DNA from: an uncultured Actinomycetota bacterium
Lineage (GTDB): Bacteria > Actinomycetota > Actinomycetes > Mycobacteriales > SCTD01
Direction of reading: 5' to 3'
DNA length: 64,000 nt
Assembly (NCBI GenBank): GCA_963762795.1
Contig: CAVXMC010000008.1
Coordinates: 138,072 to 202,071, forward strand
The notes below the pieces were generated by a model. The model saw only the letters and a list, made by a program, of their open reading frames with translations. It had not been told where the DNA came from and ran no database searches. The first letter of the stretch is position 1, and the number at the start of each line of letters is the position of its first letter. Made by a program: the position numbers and the translations under genes. This document shows, piece after piece, positions 11,445-22,552 of this stretch.

Positions 11445-12881
11445 TCAGGTGCCGCAGAAGGTCCGGTAGTCGACGTCCACCGGTCCCGGCTCGGCGTAGC
11501 GCTCCAGCCCGGCCGCGCGTCGTACGGCGACCGCACCGCCTCGAGCAGCCGCTCCAGCGGCGCGAGGTCGCCCGCGGTCGCCGCGGCCAGCGCCTCCTCC
11601 ACCAGGTGGTTGCGGGGGACGTGGACCGGGTTGACGCGGTCCATCGCGTCGGCGTCCGGGACCGAGGGCGCGCCAGTCGGCCAGCCAGGCGTCGAAGGCG
11701 GCGAGGTCCAGGAACCGCCCGCGCGCCGGCTCCGCGTCGCCGCGGGCCGCGAGGGCCAGCGCCCGGTAGAAGGACGTGTGGTCGACCTTGCTCTGCACCA
11801 GCTGCGGCAGCAGGGCCTCGACCAGCGCCGAGGCGTCGGCGCCGTCCGGCAGGCCGAGCTTGGCCCGCATGCCGCCTGACCAGGTCGTGCGCGTAGAGCG
11901 GGCGGAAGCGCGCCGAGCTCCTCCATGGCCAGGTCGACCGCCTGCTGCTCGTCGTCGGCGAGCAGGGGCAGCATCGACTCGGCCAGCCGGGCCAGGTTCC
12001 ACTCCGCGACGAGCGGCTGGTTGCCGTAGGCGTAGCGCCCGCCGTGGTCGATCGAGCTGAAGACCGTGGCCGGGTCGAACACCTCGAGGAACGCGCACGG
12101 CCCGTAGTCGATGGTCTCGCCGGAGATCGTCACGTTGTCGGTGTTCATCACGCCGTGGACGAACCCCACGAGCATCCACCGCGCGACCAGGGACGCCTGG
12201 GCGGCGAGCACGGCCCGGAACAGCGCGAGGTACGGGGCGTCGGCCTCGCGCGGCGGCCGGGTGGTGCCGGCGGATCGCGTGGTCGGCGAGCCGCCGCAGC
12301 AGCGCGGTGTCGCCGGTCGCCCGGGCGTACTGGAAGCTGCCGACGCGCAGGTGGCTGCTGGCGACCCGGGCCAGGACGGCGCCCGGCAGCGGCGTCTCGC
12401 GGCGCACCACCCGGCCGGTCGCGACGACGGCCAGCGACCGCGTCGTCGGGATGCCCAGCGCGTGCATGGCCTGGCTGATCACGACCTCGCGCAGCATCGG
12501 GCCGACCGCCGCGAGGCCGTCGCCGCCCCGGGCGAACGGCGTGCGGCCGGAGCCCTTGAGGTGCAGGTCGCGCAGGGCGCCGCCCGCGCCGGTCAGCTCG
12601 CCGAGCAGCAGCGCCCGCCCGTCGCCGAGCCCGGGGTTGAAGCCGCCGAACTGGTGGCCGGAGTAGGCCTGCGCCACCGGCCGGGCACCCGGAGGGACGA
12701 GCGTGCCGGTGAGCAGCTGCAGCCCGTCCGGTGAGCGGAGCCAGTCGGCGTCGAGGCCGAGCTCGGCGGCGAGCGGCTCGTCGAGCACCAGCAGGCGCGG
12801 CTCGGGGGCCGGCTCGGCCTGCCAGGGGACGGCCAGCTCGGGCAGCTCGGAGGCGAAGCGGTCGCCCAGCAGCACGGTCAC
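11445..12881 (-). CDS. selO: protein adenylyltransferase SelO (YdiU/UPF0061); about five frame breaks (~12250, 11895, 11875, 11668, 11497)
   Basis: Motifs [58 protein letters not shown] and the C-terminal ERYAEPGP...YRTFCGT are spread over three minus-strand frames. GTG 12881 overlaps the upstream stop. Confidence 0.8.
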   Translation of the reverse strand: MTVLLGDRFASELPELAVPWQAEPAPEPRLLVLDEPLAAELGLDADWLRSPDGLQLLTGTLVPPGARPVAQAYSGHQFGGFNPGLGDGRALLLGELTGAGGALRDLHLKGSGRTPFARGGDGLAAVGPMLREVVISQAMHALGIPTTRSLAVVATGRVVRRETPLPGAVLARVASSHLRVGSFQYARATGDTALLRRLADHAIRRHHPAAARGRRPVPRAVPGRARRPGVPGRAVDARGVRPRRDEHRQRDDLRRDHRLRAVRVPRGVRPGHGLQLDRPRRALRLRQPAARRGVEPGPAGRVDAAPARRRRAAGGRPGHGGARRASARSTRTTWSGGMRAKLGLPDGADASALVEALLPQLVQSKVDHTSFYRALALAARGDAEPARGRFLDLAAFDAWLADWRALGPGRRRDGPRQPGPRPPQPPGGGGAGRGDRGRPRAAGAAARGGAVAVRRAAGLERYAEPGPVDVDYRTFCGT

Positions 12882-13162
12882 GTCGCGTACACCGCCCGCA
12901 GCGACATCGTCAGCACCAGCATCAGCGCGCCGACGGTGAACAGGACCGACGCGTCGAAGGTGCGGCCGCGGTTGGACAGCAGGCCGGCCTGGGCGTCGGT
13001 GAGCCCCGACCGCACCACGCCGGCCGCCATGAGCGTCCCGGCCATCGTCGTGCAGCCGACGATCGGGTGGCGGGCGACGGTCGCGACGAGGCCGGCGGCG
13101 ACACCGGCCAGCACGAGCAGGAACGGCAGGTGCACCAGCCGGTGGCCGAGCGAGCGCTTCAC
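12878..13162 (-). CDS. small two-TM membrane protein (DUF3017-like)
   Basis: Intact 94-aa ORF with two hydrophobic helices separated by [20 protein letters not shown]. Its stop overlaps the selO start (GTGA). Confidence 0.55.
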   Translation of the reverse strand: MKRSLGHRLVHLPFLLVLAGVAAGLVATVARHPIVGCTTMAGTLMAAGVVRSGLTDAQAGLLSNRGRTFDASVLFTVGALMLVLTMSLRAVYAT

Positions 13163-13179
13163 GGCGGCAGTATGCCCCG

Positions 13180-14179
13180 ATGGACACCACTGCCCCCGCC
13201 GTCGTCGCCCTGCCCGACGTCCCGCTCGACGACCCCGGCGCCTTCGCCGAGCAGGACGTCGAGATCGGCCCGCCCGGGCCGCACGACCTGCTGGTCGACG
13301 TGCGCGCCGTGTCGGTGAACCCGGTCGACGTGAAGGTCCGGGCGCGGCTGCGCACGCCGCGGGTGCTCGGCTTCGACGCCGCCGGCGTGGTCGTCGCGGT
13401 CGGGGCGCAGGTCACCGCGTACGCCCCCGGCGACGAGGTCTACTACGCCGGCTCGATCACCCGCCCCGGCAGCAACGCGGCCCGGCAGCTGGTGGACGAG
13501 CGGATCGTCGGCCGCAAGCCGCGCACCCTGGACTTCGCCGAGGCGGCAGCGCTCCCGCTGACGTCGATCACGGCCTGGGAGACGCTGCACGACCACCTGC
13601 GCGTCTCGCGGGACAGCACCGGCACGCTGCTCGTCGTCGGCGGCGCGGGCGGTGTCGGCTCCGTGCTCGATCCAGCTGGCCCGGGCCCTGACCGGCCTCA
13701 CGGTCGTGGCGACCGCCTCCCGGCCGGAGTCGGCCGCGTGGGTCACCGGCCTCGGCGCCCACCACGCCGTCGACCACCGCGACCTGGTGGCCGGTGTCCG
13801 CGCGGTCGCGCCGGACGGGGTGGACCACGTCTTCACCGCCTTCTCCAGCAGCGCGAACGTGGAGGCGTTCGCGGAGCTGCTGCGGGTGCGCGGGGCGGTC
13901 GTCGCCATCGACGACCCGCAGGGCCTGGACCTGCTGCCGCTCAAGGCCCGCAGCCAGTCCTGGCACTGGGAGTCGATGTTCGCCCGGCCCCTCCAGGAGC
14001 CGGAGAGCACCGTCCAGCGGGAGCTGCTCGACGAGGTCGCCCGCCTGGTCGACGAGGGCGTCGTGCGCACCACGATGACGACCCGGCTGGAGGGGCTCAC
14101 CCCTGCCACCCTGCGCGAGGCGCACCAGCAGCTGGCGTCCTCCACCACCGTCGGCAAGGTGGTGCTGACCAGGGCCTAG
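13180..14179 (+). CDS. zinc-type alcohol dehydrogenase / quinone oxidoreductase (MDR) family protein; frame broken near 13668
   Basis: The N-terminus ([22 protein letters not shown]) lies in ORF 13180..14508. The C-terminus (IQLARALTG...GKVVLTRA) lies in ORF 13652..14179. Confidence 0.8.
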
Positions 14180-14409
14180 GGGGCGCCGCCGGTGCCGGTC
14201 TCCCACGAGCCGCGGCAGTCCGGGCACTGCCAGGCGAAGCGCCCCGGGGTGGGGCGCGCCACGGCCAGCCGGCGGGTCGTGCGTCCGGCGCCACCGAGCT
14301 CGGAGGAGCACAGCGGGCAGCGGTCGGACGCGGTGCCCATGGGGCGGTGCGTCGTCGTGCGTGCCCGTCGCGCCGCCGCTGCGCGCTGTGCCGTCGTCGC
14401 GATCGCCAT
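14176..14409 (-). CDS. small zinc-ribbon-like protein (CPLC...CPDC), hypothetical
   Basis: ATG 14409 lies within ORF 14176..14550 and gives 77 aa with two CxxC pairs. I recognise no family. Confidence 0.4.
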   Translation of the reverse strand: MAIATTAQRAAAARRARTTTHRPMGTASDRCPLCSSELGGAGRTTRRLAVARPTPGRFAWQCPDCRGSWETGTGGAP

Positions 14410-14502
14410 CGTTGCCTCGTCTCGCTCGCCGGGGTGCTGCGTCACGGGTGGTGTCGCCCCAGGGCCCCCGGCCGTTACGCCGCAGGCAAGGTCGACCTGC
14501 CT

Positions 14503-14527
14503 GAGTAGGTAGGCGGGGCGCGGGTAC
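14503..14527 (+). promoter_or_regulatory. candidate stress-sigma (SigB/SigF-like) promoter GAGT-N15-GGGTAC
   Basis: GGGTAC at 14522-14527 lies 48 nt upstream of GTG 14575, and GAGT lies 15 nt further upstream. This matches the GNNT-N14-16-GGGTAC/T pattern described for actinobacterial SigB-type promoters. The motif is short, so support is weak. Confidence 0.25.
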
Positions 14528-14574
14528 GCGGCGACCCAGCACGCACCCACCCGAACCCACAGAGATGAGGCACC

Positions 14575-15351
14575 GTGACTGCACCAGAGCAGGTCGCCAG
14601 CGCCGCCCAGGAGCAGGCGGGCGCTGTTGCGGGCACCGCCAAGGAGCAGGCCGCGTCCGTCGCGCAGACGGCGACGACGGCCGCGAGCGACGTCACCGGC
14701 ACCGCCAAGGAGCAGGTCGGCAACGTGGTCGGCGAGACCGTCGCGCAGGCCAAGGACCTGACCGGCCAGGTCAAGGAGCAGGTCGGCTCGCAGGTCGCCG
14801 GCCAGACCGAGAAGCTGACCGGCACGCTGCGCTCCCTCGGCGGGCAGATCAGCGAGGGCGACACGTCCGGCGTCGTCGGCCAGGTCCTCGGCGAGGTCGG
14901 CCAGCGGGTCCAGGCCTTCGCCGACAAGCTGGAGCAGACCGGGCCGCAGGAGATGCTCGAGGAGGTCCGCGACTACGCGCGCCGCAACCCCGGCACCTTC
15001 CTGCTCGGCGCGGCCGTCGCCGGCCTCGTCGCCGGTCGCCTGGTCAAGGGCCTGACCGCCGAGCAGCCGCCGGCGCTGCCCGCCGCCACCTCCGGCACGG
15101 CCGGTGGCAACGCCCTCGCCGGCGTCACGCAGCCCGGCATCGCCGAGACCGCGGTCGTCCCGGACGACGTCTACGCCAACGGCGGGTTCGCGCCCGTCGA
15201 GCCGGCCTTCGGTGCGACCGCCCCGGCCTACGACGACACCGTGCCGGCGTTCGACCCGGCCGTGGGCGCCACCCCGTACCCCGTCGGTGAGCCGACGACG
15301 ACGACGTACGAGACGGGCGCCTCGACGTACGGCACGCGAGGCGCGCTGTGA
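14575..15351 (+). CDS. LEA-like 11-mer repeat protein with a hydrophobic segment (hypothetical stress protein)
   Basis: Intact 258-aa ORF. The N-terminal half is 11-residue periodic (GTAKEQAASVA/QTATTAASDVT/GTAKEQVGNVV/...). It is followed by YARRNPGTFLLGAAVAGLVAGRL. Confidence 0.6.
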   Translation: MTAPEQVASAAQEQAGAVAGTAKEQAASVAQTATTAASDVTGTAKEQVGNVVGETVAQAKDLTGQVKEQVGSQVAGQTEKLTGTLRSLGGQISEGDTSGVVGQVLGEVGQRVQAFADKLEQTGPQEMLEEVRDYARRNPGTFLLGAAVAGLVAGRLVKGLTAEQPPALPAATSGTAGGNALAGVTQPGIAETAVVPDDVYANGGFAPVEPAFGATAPAYDDTVPAFDPAVGATPYPVGEPTTTTYETGASTYGTRGAL

Positions 15352-15791
15352 CGGCGGGCGACCCGTACCCCGCAGCGGGGAGCACCGCGATCGGCGGCAC
15401 CGCGCCGGACGTGTCGCAGGTGTCCGTCGGCACCCTCGTCGGCCAGGTCACGAGCGACCTGTCGACGCTGATGCGCCAGGAGTTCGAGCTGGCCAAGGCC
15501 GAGATGAAGGCCGAGGCCAGCAAGGCGGGCAAGGGCGCGGGCATGCTCGGCGGGGCAGGTTTCGCCGGCTACATGCTGGCCATCTTCGCCTCGCTCGCGC
15601 TGATGTTCGCGCTGGACCTCGCCATGCCCACGTGGGCCGCAGCCCTGATCGTCGCCGTGCTCTACGGCGTCGTCGGGTTCGTGCTCTACAGCAAGGGCCG
15701 CAAGGAGCTCAAGAAGGTCGACCCGACACCGCGTCAGACCGTGGAGACGCTGAAGGAGGACGTGCAGTGGGCAAAGAACCAGACGCGATAA
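15348..15791 (+). CDS. holin-X-type (Phage_holin_3_6-like) membrane protein
   Basis: Intact 147-aa ORF whose start GTG overlaps the upstream stop (GTGA). It contains the FELAKAEMKAE amphipathic region followed by two TM helices, as in proteins annotated as actinobacterial holin-X. Confidence 0.7.
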   Translation: MTAGDPYPAAGSTAIGGTAPDVSQVSVGTLVGQVTSDLSTLMRQEFELAKAEMKAEASKAGKGAGMLGGAGFAGYMLAIFASLALMFALDLAMPTWAAALIVAVLYGVVGFVLYSKGRKELKKVDPTPRQTVETLKEDVQWAKNQTR

Positions 15792-16558
15792 GGGCCGAGA
15801 TCGAGGAGACCCGGGCGGCGCTGACGCAGGACGTCGACCAGCTCACCGAGAAGGTGAGCCCCACCAGGATCGTCGAGCGCAAGGTCGACAGTGCGAAGGA
15901 AGCGGTGCACGGCGTGAAGGACAAGGTCTTCGGTTCGGCGCACGACACGTCGGCCTCGGTCACGTCCGGTGTCTCGGGTGCGGCCGGCTCGGTCGGCTCC
16001 GCCGCCGGGTCCGCGGCCGGCTCGGTCAGCGCCGCGGCGCACACGACGGCGGGCGCGGTCACCTCCGCGCCGTCGGTGGCCAAGCAGAAGGCCGCCGGCA
16101 GCCCGCTCATCGCCGGTGCTGTCGCCTTCGGCGTCGGCTACCTGCTGTCGGCGCTGCTCCCCGCCACCACCAAGGAGCAGCACGCCGCGCAGGCCGTCAA
16201 GGAGCAGGCGACCGCGCTCAAGGAGCCGGTCAAGCAGCAGCTCACCTCCGTGGCCAACGAGGTCAAGGAGGAGCTCGCTCCGCAGGTCGCGGACGCCGCG
16301 AGCTCGCTCAAGGAGACCGCCACCTCGGCCGCGCAGACGGTCAAGGAGCAGGCCACCGACGCCGGCCAGTCCGTCGCGTCCGAGGCCAAGAGCGCCACCG
16401 GTGCCGTGCAGCAGCACGCCACCGAGGCCGCGGGCTCGGTCAAGGACACCGCGCAGTCCGGCGGCAGCGAGGAGCCGGCGCCCTACCCGGCCGGGGACGC
16501 GTACGGCAGCCAGACCGGTGCCGCGACGCTGCCGACCGGCGCCGCGCCGCCGCTGTAG
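15767..16558 (+). CDS. DUF3618-like protein with a central TM helix and LEA-like C-terminal repeats
   Basis: GTG 15767 lies in the frame of ORF 15104..16558 and overlaps the previous gene by 25 nt. The N-terminus PDAIRAEIEETRAALTQDVDQLTEKVSP is typical of DUF3618. The C-terminal half is rich in KEQAT/KEPV repeats. Confidence 0.65.
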   Translation: MGKEPDAIRAEIEETRAALTQDVDQLTEKVSPTRIVERKVDSAKEAVHGVKDKVFGSAHDTSASVTSGVSGAAGSVGSAAGSAAGSVSAAAHTTAGAVTSAPSVAKQKAAGSPLIAGAVAFGVGYLLSALLPATTKEQHAAQAVKEQATALKEPVKQQLTSVANEVKEELAPQVADAASSLKETATSAAQTVKEQATDAGQSVASEAKSATGAVQQHATEAAGSVKDTAQSGGSEEPAPYPAGDAYGSQTGAATLPTGAAPPL

Positions 16559-16572
16559 GTCAGCACGTCGAC

Positions 16573-16607
16573 GAGGGCCGCGGGGAGCACTGCTCCCCGC
16601 GGCCCTC
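16573..16607 (+). terminator. strong GC hairpin (about 14-15 bp stem) after the three-gene cassette
   Basis: gagggccgcggggagcactgctccccgcggccctc is a perfect 35-nt palindrome 15 nt after the stop at 16558. There is no U-tract, as is common in high-GC actinobacteria. Confidence 0.6.
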
Positions 16608-16687
16608 GCGCGTGCCTGACACGCCGGTGTGACGAGGCAGACGTCTCCCCGGCCAGCCGACCCGGCCTGCGCTGCCTACGCTGAGGT

Positions 16688-17929
16688 GTGACCCCGGCCC
16701 GCTCCCTCGCGACGCGCGAGCTGCAGGTCTGCACGCTCCCGGTGGACGACCCCGGCCCGCTGCTGGACCTGCTGCCCGCCGAGACGGCGGTGGCCTGGGT
16801 CAAGGGCGGCGAGGGCCTGGTCGGCTGGGGCGAGGCGGCCCGGGTCGAGCTCTCCGGGCCCGACCAGCAGGGCCAGGCCCGCGACTGGTGGCAGCGCCTG
16901 GTGGCCGGCAGCGAGGTGGTCGACGAGGTCGGCCTGCCCGGCAGCGGCCTGGTCTGCTTCGGCTCCTTCGCCTTCGACCCGCTGCGCGGCGTCTCGGTGC
17001 TGGTGGTGCCCGAGGTCGTCGTGGGGGCGCGCGAGGGCGGCTTCTTCCTGACCCGGGTCGGCGAGCCGGTCGAGCTGACCGCGCCCGCGGCGCCGCGACC
17101 CCCGGGCGACGTGACCTACGACGAGGGCGGCACCACCGCCGCCGGCTTCGAGGCGCTGGTCGCCGACGTCGTCGCGCGGATCCGCCGCGGCGAGGTGGAG
17201 AAGGTGGTGCTGGCCCGCGACGTCGTCGCCCGCACCGCCGTCCCGCTCGACCTGCGCTGGCCGCTGGGGCGGCTGGCCGAGCTCTACGCCGCCTGCTGGA
17301 CCTTCGCCGTCGACGGCCTGTTCGGCGCCACGCCGGAGCTGCTCGTCGGCCTGCGCGACGGCGTCGTGACCAGCCGGGTCCTGGCCGGCACCATCCCCCG
17401 CACCGGCGACCCGGACGCCGACGCGGCCCGGGCCGGGCAGCTGGCCGTCTCGGCGAAGGACCGCGAGGAGCACGTCCACGGCGTTGCCTCGGTCCGCGCC
17501 GCGCTGGCGCCGCTGTGCACCGCGATGGACGTGCCGGCGACGCCGTTCGTGCTGCCGCTGCCGAACGTCCTGCACCTCGCCACCGACGTCAGCGGCGTCG
17601 CGGTCGACGGCGCCGGCTCGCTGGACCTGCTGGCCGCGCTGCACCCGACCGCGGCGGTCTGCGGCGCGCCGACCGCTGCCGCGCTCGAGGTCCTGCGGGA
17701 GGTCGAGGAGCTCGACCGCGGCCGCTACGCCGGCCCGGTCGGCTGGACCGACGCCCGCGGCGACGGCGAGTGGGGCATCGCGCTGCGCTGCGCCCAGGTC
17801 GACCCGCAGGACCCGACCCGGCTGCGCCTGTTCGCCGGCTGCGGCATCGTCGCGGACTCCGACCCCGCCACCGAGCTGGTCGAGAGCGAGGCCAAGACCT
17901 GGCCCGTGCGCGAGGCCCTGGAGAGCTAG
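16688..17929 (+). CDS. menF: isochorismate synthase
   Basis: Intact 413-aa ORF with chorismate-binding motifs ([24 protein letters not shown]), located in a men cluster. Confidence 0.85.
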   Translation: MTPARSLATRELQVCTLPVDDPGPLLDLLPAETAVAWVKGGEGLVGWGEAARVELSGPDQQGQARDWWQRLVAGSEVVDEVGLPGSGLVCFGSFAFDPLRGVSVLVVPEVVVGAREGGFFLTRVGEPVELTAPAAPRPPGDVTYDEGGTTAAGFEALVADVVARIRRGEVEKVVLARDVVARTAVPLDLRWPLGRLAELYAACWTFAVDGLFGATPELLVGLRDGVVTSRVLAGTIPRTGDPDADAARAGQLAVSAKDREEHVHGVASVRAALAPLCTAMDVPATPFVLPLPNVLHLATDVSGVAVDGAGSLDLLAALHPTAAVCGAPTAAALEVLREVEELDRGRYAGPVGWTDARGDGEWGIALRCAQVDPQDPTRLRLFAGCGIVADSDPATELVESEAKTWPVREALES

Positions 17930-19562
17930 CGAGGGCCGCGGCGACCGCGGCCTTGAGCGCCCGGTCGACGGCCACCGCCTCGTCGCGGTCGGTGCGCACC
18001 TCGACCACCCGGATCCCGGGCTGCGGCCGGAGGTCCACGTCCTGCGTGTACGGGCGTGCCGCTCGCCGCGCACAGCGCCCGCAGGTCGGCGCCGTGCGGC
18101 GTCCCGAAGACCCGCTCGAAGGCGGCGGCGTGCTCCGCGCCGCCCTGCTCCAGCAGGCCGAAGATCGCGCCGCCGTCGTTGTTCACCACCACGATGGTCA
18201 GGTCGGGACGTGGCTCCCCCGGCCCGACCAGCAGCCCGTTGGCGTCGTGGAGGAACGTCAGGTCGCCCATCAGCGCGTACGCCGCACCGCCGCCCGCGGC
18301 CTGGTGCGCCAGGGCGGCCCCGAGCGCCGTGGACACCACGCCGTCGATGCCGGCCGCACCGCGGTTGGCCAGCACCCGGCGGCCGGTCGGCGGCACGAGG
18401 AACAGGTCGCGGACCGGCTTGCTGGAGCCGACGACCAGCAGCCCGTCCGGCGGGACGGCGGCCGCGACCGCCGCGGCGACGGCCGGCTCGCCGCGCAGCT
18501 GGACCGCGGCGGCCGCCTTCCGGGACGCGTCCTGCCAGCCGGCCAGCCAGTCCGGGTCGACCGGCCCGCCCGCGGGGGTCGGCACGCCGGCCAGCACCCG
18601 GCCGGCGCTGCGGGTGGGGTCCGGCCAGCGGCCCGAGGTGGCGACGACGTCGGCGGGCACGGAGGCGATGAGCCGGCCGACGGAGCGGGCCAGGGTCGGC
18701 CGGCCGACGACGAGCACCCGCTCCGGGCGCAGCGCCGCGGGCAGCACGGCGAGCAGCAGCTCGGGGACGGCGACGACCTCCGGGCCGGGGCGCGCGCCGG
18801 AGGACGGCTCGGCGACGACCGGCCAGCCACGGGCGGCGGCCAGGTCCTGGGCGGCGGCGGCGGTGGCGGGGCCGCCGTCGCCGAGGACGACGACGGTGCG
18901 GGCGGGCAGGTCGTCGGGCGGCGGTGCGGGAGCCGGCCACGGCGTGCGGGCGGTCCAGGGCGCGCCGCCCGCGCGGCCGTCCAGCGGCTCGACCCAGTCG
19001 GGGTCGCCGTCGGGCACCAGCGGCTCGCGCAGGCCGAGGTTGAGGTGGACCGGGCCCGGCGCGCCGCCGAGGTCGCCCTGCGCCGCGGACAGCGCCTGGC
19101 AGACCAGCGCCCGCCAGTAGGCCTGCTGGCCGGGGCGGCGGTCGGGGACACCGAGGTCGGCCGCCCAGCGCACCGCCCCGCCGTACAGCCCCACCTGCTC
19201 GACGGTCTGGTTGGCGCCGCTGGCCCGCAGCTCCGGGCGGCCGGTCGGCGGTGAGCAGCAGCAGCGGGACGTCGGCGTGGGCGGCCTCGAGGACGGCCGG
19301 GTGCAGGTTGGCGGTCGCGGTGCCCGAGGTGGTGACGACCGCGGCGGGCACGCCGCTCGCCTTGCCGAGGCCGAGGGCGAGGAACGCCGCGGAGCGCTCG
19401 TCGATGCGCACGTGCAGCCGCAGCCGGCCGGCCGCGCTCGGCCGCGTGCAGGGCCAGCGCCAGCGGCGCGGAGCGCGACCCGGGGGCCAGGACGACCTCG
19501 CGCACCCCCCCGCGCACCAGCTCGTCGACCAGCACCTGGGCCAGCGCGGTCGACGGGTTCAC
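17926..19562 (-). CDS. menD: 2-succinyl-5-enolpyruvyl-6-hydroxy-3-cyclohexene-1-carboxylate synthase; frame broken near 19428, 19232, 18052 and probably ~17935
   Basis: The N-terminus [20 protein letters not shown] (GTG 19562) lies in one frame. [19 protein letters not shown] and [19 protein letters not shown] lie in a second. The ThDP motif [14 protein letters not shown]...[11 protein letters not shown] lies in ORF 17926..19194. The C-terminal [11 protein letters not shown] lies in ORF 17589..18038. Confidence 0.85.
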
Positions 19563-20543
19563 CCGAGCACTCTCGCGCAGCGCTCCAGCCGCTCGCGCCA
19601 CCAGGCCTGCCGGTCGGCGGGGGCGGCGTGCCGCTCCAGCAGCTCCGGGTCGGGGGTCACCGCGCCGACCGGCAGGGCGCCGGCCACGCGGCAGCAGGGA
19701 CGCGGGCGTCACGTCGGCGGCCAGCAGGGCGGCGGTGCCGAGCCCGCAGGCGTACGGCAGGTCGGGCAGCGCGGCGGCCAGCGCGATGCCGGCGGCGAGC
19801 CCGACGGAGGTGTCGATGGCGCTGGACACGACGACCGGCAGGCCGCACGCCTGCGCCACCTCCAGGGCCCGCCGCACCCCGGACAGCGGCGCCACCTTGA
19901 CCACGACGACGTCGGCGGCGCCGGCGACCGCCACGCGCAGCGGGTCCTCCGCCTTGCGGATGCTCTCGTCGGCGGCGACCGGGACGTCCAGCCCGGCCCG
20001 GGCCAGCTGCACCCGCAGGGCCGCCAGCTCCTCCACGGTCGCGCAGGGCTGCTCGGCGTACTCCAGGTCGTAGGGCGCGAGCGCCCGCAGCGCGGTCAGC
20101 GCGTCCTCGACCGACCACGCGGCGTTGGCGTCGACGCGCACCTTGCCCGTCGACCCGAGCACCTCGCGGACGGCGGCGACCCGGTCGACGTCGTCGCGCA
20201 GCACCTGGCCGGCCTCGGCCACCTTGACCTTCGCGGTCGTGCAGCCGGGGAAGCGGGCCAGCACGCCGGCCACGTCGGCGGCCGGCACCGGCGGGACGGT
20301 GGCGTTGACCGCGACCCGGTCCCGGACCGGGTCCGGCCAGCCCGCCCGGGCGGCCTCGACCGCAGCGGCGAGCCAGCGGGACGCCTCGCGGTCGTCGTAC
20401 TCGGGGAACGGGCTGAACTCGCCCCAGCCGGCCGGGCCGCGCAGCAGCAGGGCCTCGCGGACGTGCACCCCGCGGAACGGGACCCGCATGGGCAGGGCGA
20501 CGACGTGCACCTCGGCCCCGTCGAGCAGTTCTCCTAAGGTCAT
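19559..20543 (-). CDS. menC: o-succinylbenzoate synthase; frame broken near 19690
   Basis: Enolase-superfamily motifs [17 protein letters not shown] and VPVAADESI lie in the frame of ORF 18270..20543. The last ~45 codons lie in another frame and end in a TGA that overlaps the menD GTG. Confidence 0.85.
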
Positions 20544-20546
20544 GAC

Positions 20547-21466
20547 GTGGACACCGTGTCAGAGCTGTTCGACCCCAGCCAGTGGAGGGTGGTCGAGGGC
20601 TTCGACCTCACCGACATCACCTACCACCGGCACGTCCGCGACGGCCGCGACGCGGGCGTCGTGCGCATCGCGTTCGACCGGCCCGAGGTGCGCAACGCCT
20701 TCCGGCCGAGCACGGTCGACGAGCTCTACCGCGCGCTCGACCACGCCCGGATGACGCCCGACGTCGGCTGCGTGCTGCTCACCGGCAACGGCCCGTCGCC
20801 CAAGGACGGCGGCTGGGCGTTCTGCTCCGGCGGCGACCAGCGGATCCGCGGCCGCGACGGCTACCGGTACGCCACGGGCGACAGCGCCGAGACGATCGAC
20901 CCGGCGCGCGCCGGCCGGCTGCACATCCTCGAGGTGCAGCGCCTGATCCGGATCATGCCCAAGGTCGTCATCGCGGTCGTCCCCGGCTGGGCGGCCGGCG
21001 GCGGCCACAGCCTGCACGTCGTCTGCGACCTGACGCTGGCCAGCGCGGAGCACGCCCGGTTCAAGCAGACCGACGCCGACGTCGGCAGCTTCGACGGCGG
21101 CTACGGCTCGGCCTACCTGGCCCGCCAGGTCGGCCAGAAGTTCGCCCGCGAGATCTTCTTCCTGGGCCGCGAGCACTCCGCCGCCGACGCGCACCGGATG
21201 GGCATGGTCAACGCGGTCGTCCCGCACGCCGAGCTCGAGACGCGTCGCGCTGGAGTGGGCGCAGACGATCATCGGCAAGAGCCCGACCGCGCAGCGGATG
21301 CTGAAGTTCGCCTTCAACCTCATCGACGACGGCCTGGTCGGCCAGCAGGTGTTCGCCGGCGAGGCGACCCGCCTGGCGTACGCCACGCGACGAGGCCGTC
21401 GAGGGGCGCGACGCGTTCCTGGAGAAGCGCGACCCCGACTGGTCGCCGTACCCGTACCACTTCTAG
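20547..21466 (+). CDS. menB: 1,4-dihydroxy-2-naphthoyl-CoA synthase; frame broken near 21243 and 21391
   Basis: Crotonase-fold motifs [19 protein letters not shown] and [17 protein letters not shown] are present. The C-terminus continues as [24 protein letters not shown], then [25 protein letters not shown], in two further frames. Confidence 0.9.
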
Positions 21467-22552
21467 TGCGCTCGCTGCTCGCCCTCCCGGCCGACCCGTC
21501 CGCGCTGCTGGAGCCGCTGGCCCGGGCGCTCGACGGGACGGGTCCGGCGGTCCTGCCGCTGCCGTCCGACGCCGCGGCGGCCCGCTCCGTGCTGGCCGCC
21601 GGCCGCCCGGACGAGCCGCTCGAGGACGACCGGGTCGCGCTCGTCGTGCCGACGTCCGGGTCGACCGGCGAGCCGAAGGCGGTGCTGCTGACGGCCGCCG
21701 CCCTGCGCGCGTCCGCCGCGGCGACGCGAGCGCTCCTCGGCGGTCCCGGCCGGTGGCTGTCGGCGATCCCGGCGACCCACATCGGCGGGCTGCAGGTGCT
21801 GGTCCGCTCGCTGCTGGCCGGGACGACGCCGGTCGTGCTGCGCGACTCGTTCACCGCCGCCACGGCCGCCCTGGGCCCCGGCCGGACGCTACGTCTCGCT
21901 CGTCCCGACCCAGCTCCGGCGCCTGCTGGTCACGCGACCGCGACGCGCTGCGCTCGTACGACGCGGTGCTGCTCGGCGGCGCCGCCGCGCCCGCGGCGCT
22001 GCTGGCCGAGGCGTCGGACGTACGCGTCGTGACGACCTACGGGATGTCCGAGACCAGCGGCGGCTGCGTCTACGACGGCGTCCCGCTGCCCGGCGTGCAG
22101 CGTGTCCGTCGAGGACGGGCGGATCCGGCTCGGCGGGCCGGTGCTGGGCCTGGGCTACCGGCTGCGGCCGGACCTGACCGCCGCCGCGTTCGCCGGCGGG
22201 CTGGTACGCGACGGGCGACCTCGGCAGCTGGGACGGCAGCCGGCTGACCGTGCTCGGGCGCGCCGACGACGTGGTGGTGACCGGGGGCGAGAAGGTGGCA
22301 CCGGCCGCCGTCGAGGCGGCGCTGGCCGAGCACCCGGCGGTGGCCGACGTGGCCGTGGTCGGGGTGCCGGACGAGGAGTGGGGGTCGAGGGTGGTCGCGG
22401 TCGTGGTCCTGCGGGAGCCGCTGACGCTGGCGCAGGCGCGCGAGCACGTCGCGGCGCGGGTGTCGCGGGTGGCCGCGCCGCGCGAGCTGCGGGTGGTGCC
22501 GGCGCTGCCGCTGCTCGCCAACGGCAAGGTCGACCGGCGGGCGCTCACGTGA
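21466..22552 (+). CDS. menE: o-succinylbenzoate-CoA ligase; four frame breaks (~21883, 21930, 22098, 22199)
   Basis: AMP-binding motifs [33 protein letters not shown] and NGKVDRRAL are distributed over all three plus frames in order. GTG 21466 shares one base with the menB TAG. Confidence 0.8.

Noticed and set aside
15348-15791. The holin-family gene as evidence of a prophage lysis cassette.
   Set aside because: No endolysin, terminase, capsid, tail or integrase genes are nearby. The gene is embedded in a three-gene cassette with LEA-like and DUF3618-like partners, an arrangement that looks chromosomal and stress-related.
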